Of a DNA stretch of 64,000 bases, positions 63,324-64,000 are shown piece after piece. The position numbers were made by a program, and so were the translations under genes. Every line of letters starts with the position of its first letter. The stretch's first letter is position 1. The notes under the pieces are model-generated. The model made no database searches, was not told where the DNA came from, and saw nothing but the letters and a program-made list of their open reading frames with translations. The DNA is from Saccostrea echinata. Its lineage: Eukaryota. Location of the stretch: the NCBI RefSeq assembly GCF_033153115.1, contig NW_026889778.1:13640001-13704000 (forward strand), read 5' to 3'.

Positions 63324-64000
63324 ATGGATCTTCAGAGAAGTGCCCAAAAAGATATACGGTGTGAACACTGTGAGACTGCTGTGATACAGAGGCACTGTGA
63401 ATTATGTCATGTTAACTTATGCATAGCTTGTATAGGAAAACATGTTTCTGATGACTACGACAAACATAAAGTCGTTCCATTCAAAGAACAGAAATCAACC
63501 TTGATCTTTCCAAAGTGTATAACGCATCGAACCAAAAAGTGTTATTTACAGTGCTGGAAATGCAACATTCCCGTTTGTTCATTATGTCCGGCTACCAAAA
63601 AACACAAAAAGCACACTTTCTTTCCCCTTTCAGAAGTTTATAATCAGAAGAAAAAATTCATTTCAAACGAAAAGAAAGAATTACAAGATCTATCCCCAAC
63701 ATATAAAGCAATAGTGAATGACGTAGAAAAGCAGATTTCCAATTTAGATGGTGATTATGGGAAGCTTGCAGATTTAGTGACAAATCATGGAAATGAATGG
63801 CACAGAGAAATTGACAGAGTTACAAAGAAAATGAAAAATGAATTTTATGAGATGAAAAGCAAACACCGGTGCCTTCTAAAAAATATTTGGATAAAATCAA
63901 ACAGATACAGTCTCGTATTGATCGAAAGCTGTGTACTCTGAAGAAAACTGAAGAATCGAATGATGTGTCCAAGACCTTGCAATATACACCTGAAATCAAA
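63324..64000 (+). CDS. TRIM-like B-box protein paralog 2, 3'-partial, with a 1-bp frameshift (possible pseudogene or sequencing error)
   Basis: Aligns closely with 46572 onward (e.g. LCIACIGKHVSDDYDKHKVVPFK). Acceptor ttttcag ends at 63305. Adding one A to the A6 run at 63878-63883 restores KKYLDKIKQIQSRIDRKL...TLQYTPEIK, which is open to the window end. Confidence 0.85.

Overview
AT-rich, intron-containing eukaryotic DNA. The repeat content (Cg170-like satellite inside Helentron-like elements) and the gene families suggest an oyster (Crassostrea/Magallana-like); this is inference. There are three assembly gaps (5101-5237, 18041-18192, 54124-54306). Genes were reconstructed by hand from splice sites and phases. 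(1) A + strand tandem array of four small CYYR1/Shisa-like type-I membrane protein genes plus a relic. Each has a signal peptide, a very short Tyr-rich two-Cys ectodomain, a GxxxG TM helix and a PPxY tail. (2) A - strand CHST11-like carbohydrate sulfotransferase with 3 coding exons, including a 44-nt exon absent from the ORF track. (3) Two RING-less B-box/coiled-coil/beta-propeller TRIM-like genes: one has a transposon-derived C-terminus, the other is frameshifted and runs off the window. The rest is densely nested non-autonomous transposons. The most notable observations are these. An ~845-bp unit repeated five times is homologous to the TRIM-like promoter and non-coding first exon, and only two copies keep the GT donor. 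The CYYR1-like exon-3 acceptor plus half-TM unit is tandemly amplified inside intron 2. The Tyr-rich disulfide-loop ectodomains are highly variable between paralogs. Several unrelated long-hairpin elements share short stable loops and tandem GA mismatches.
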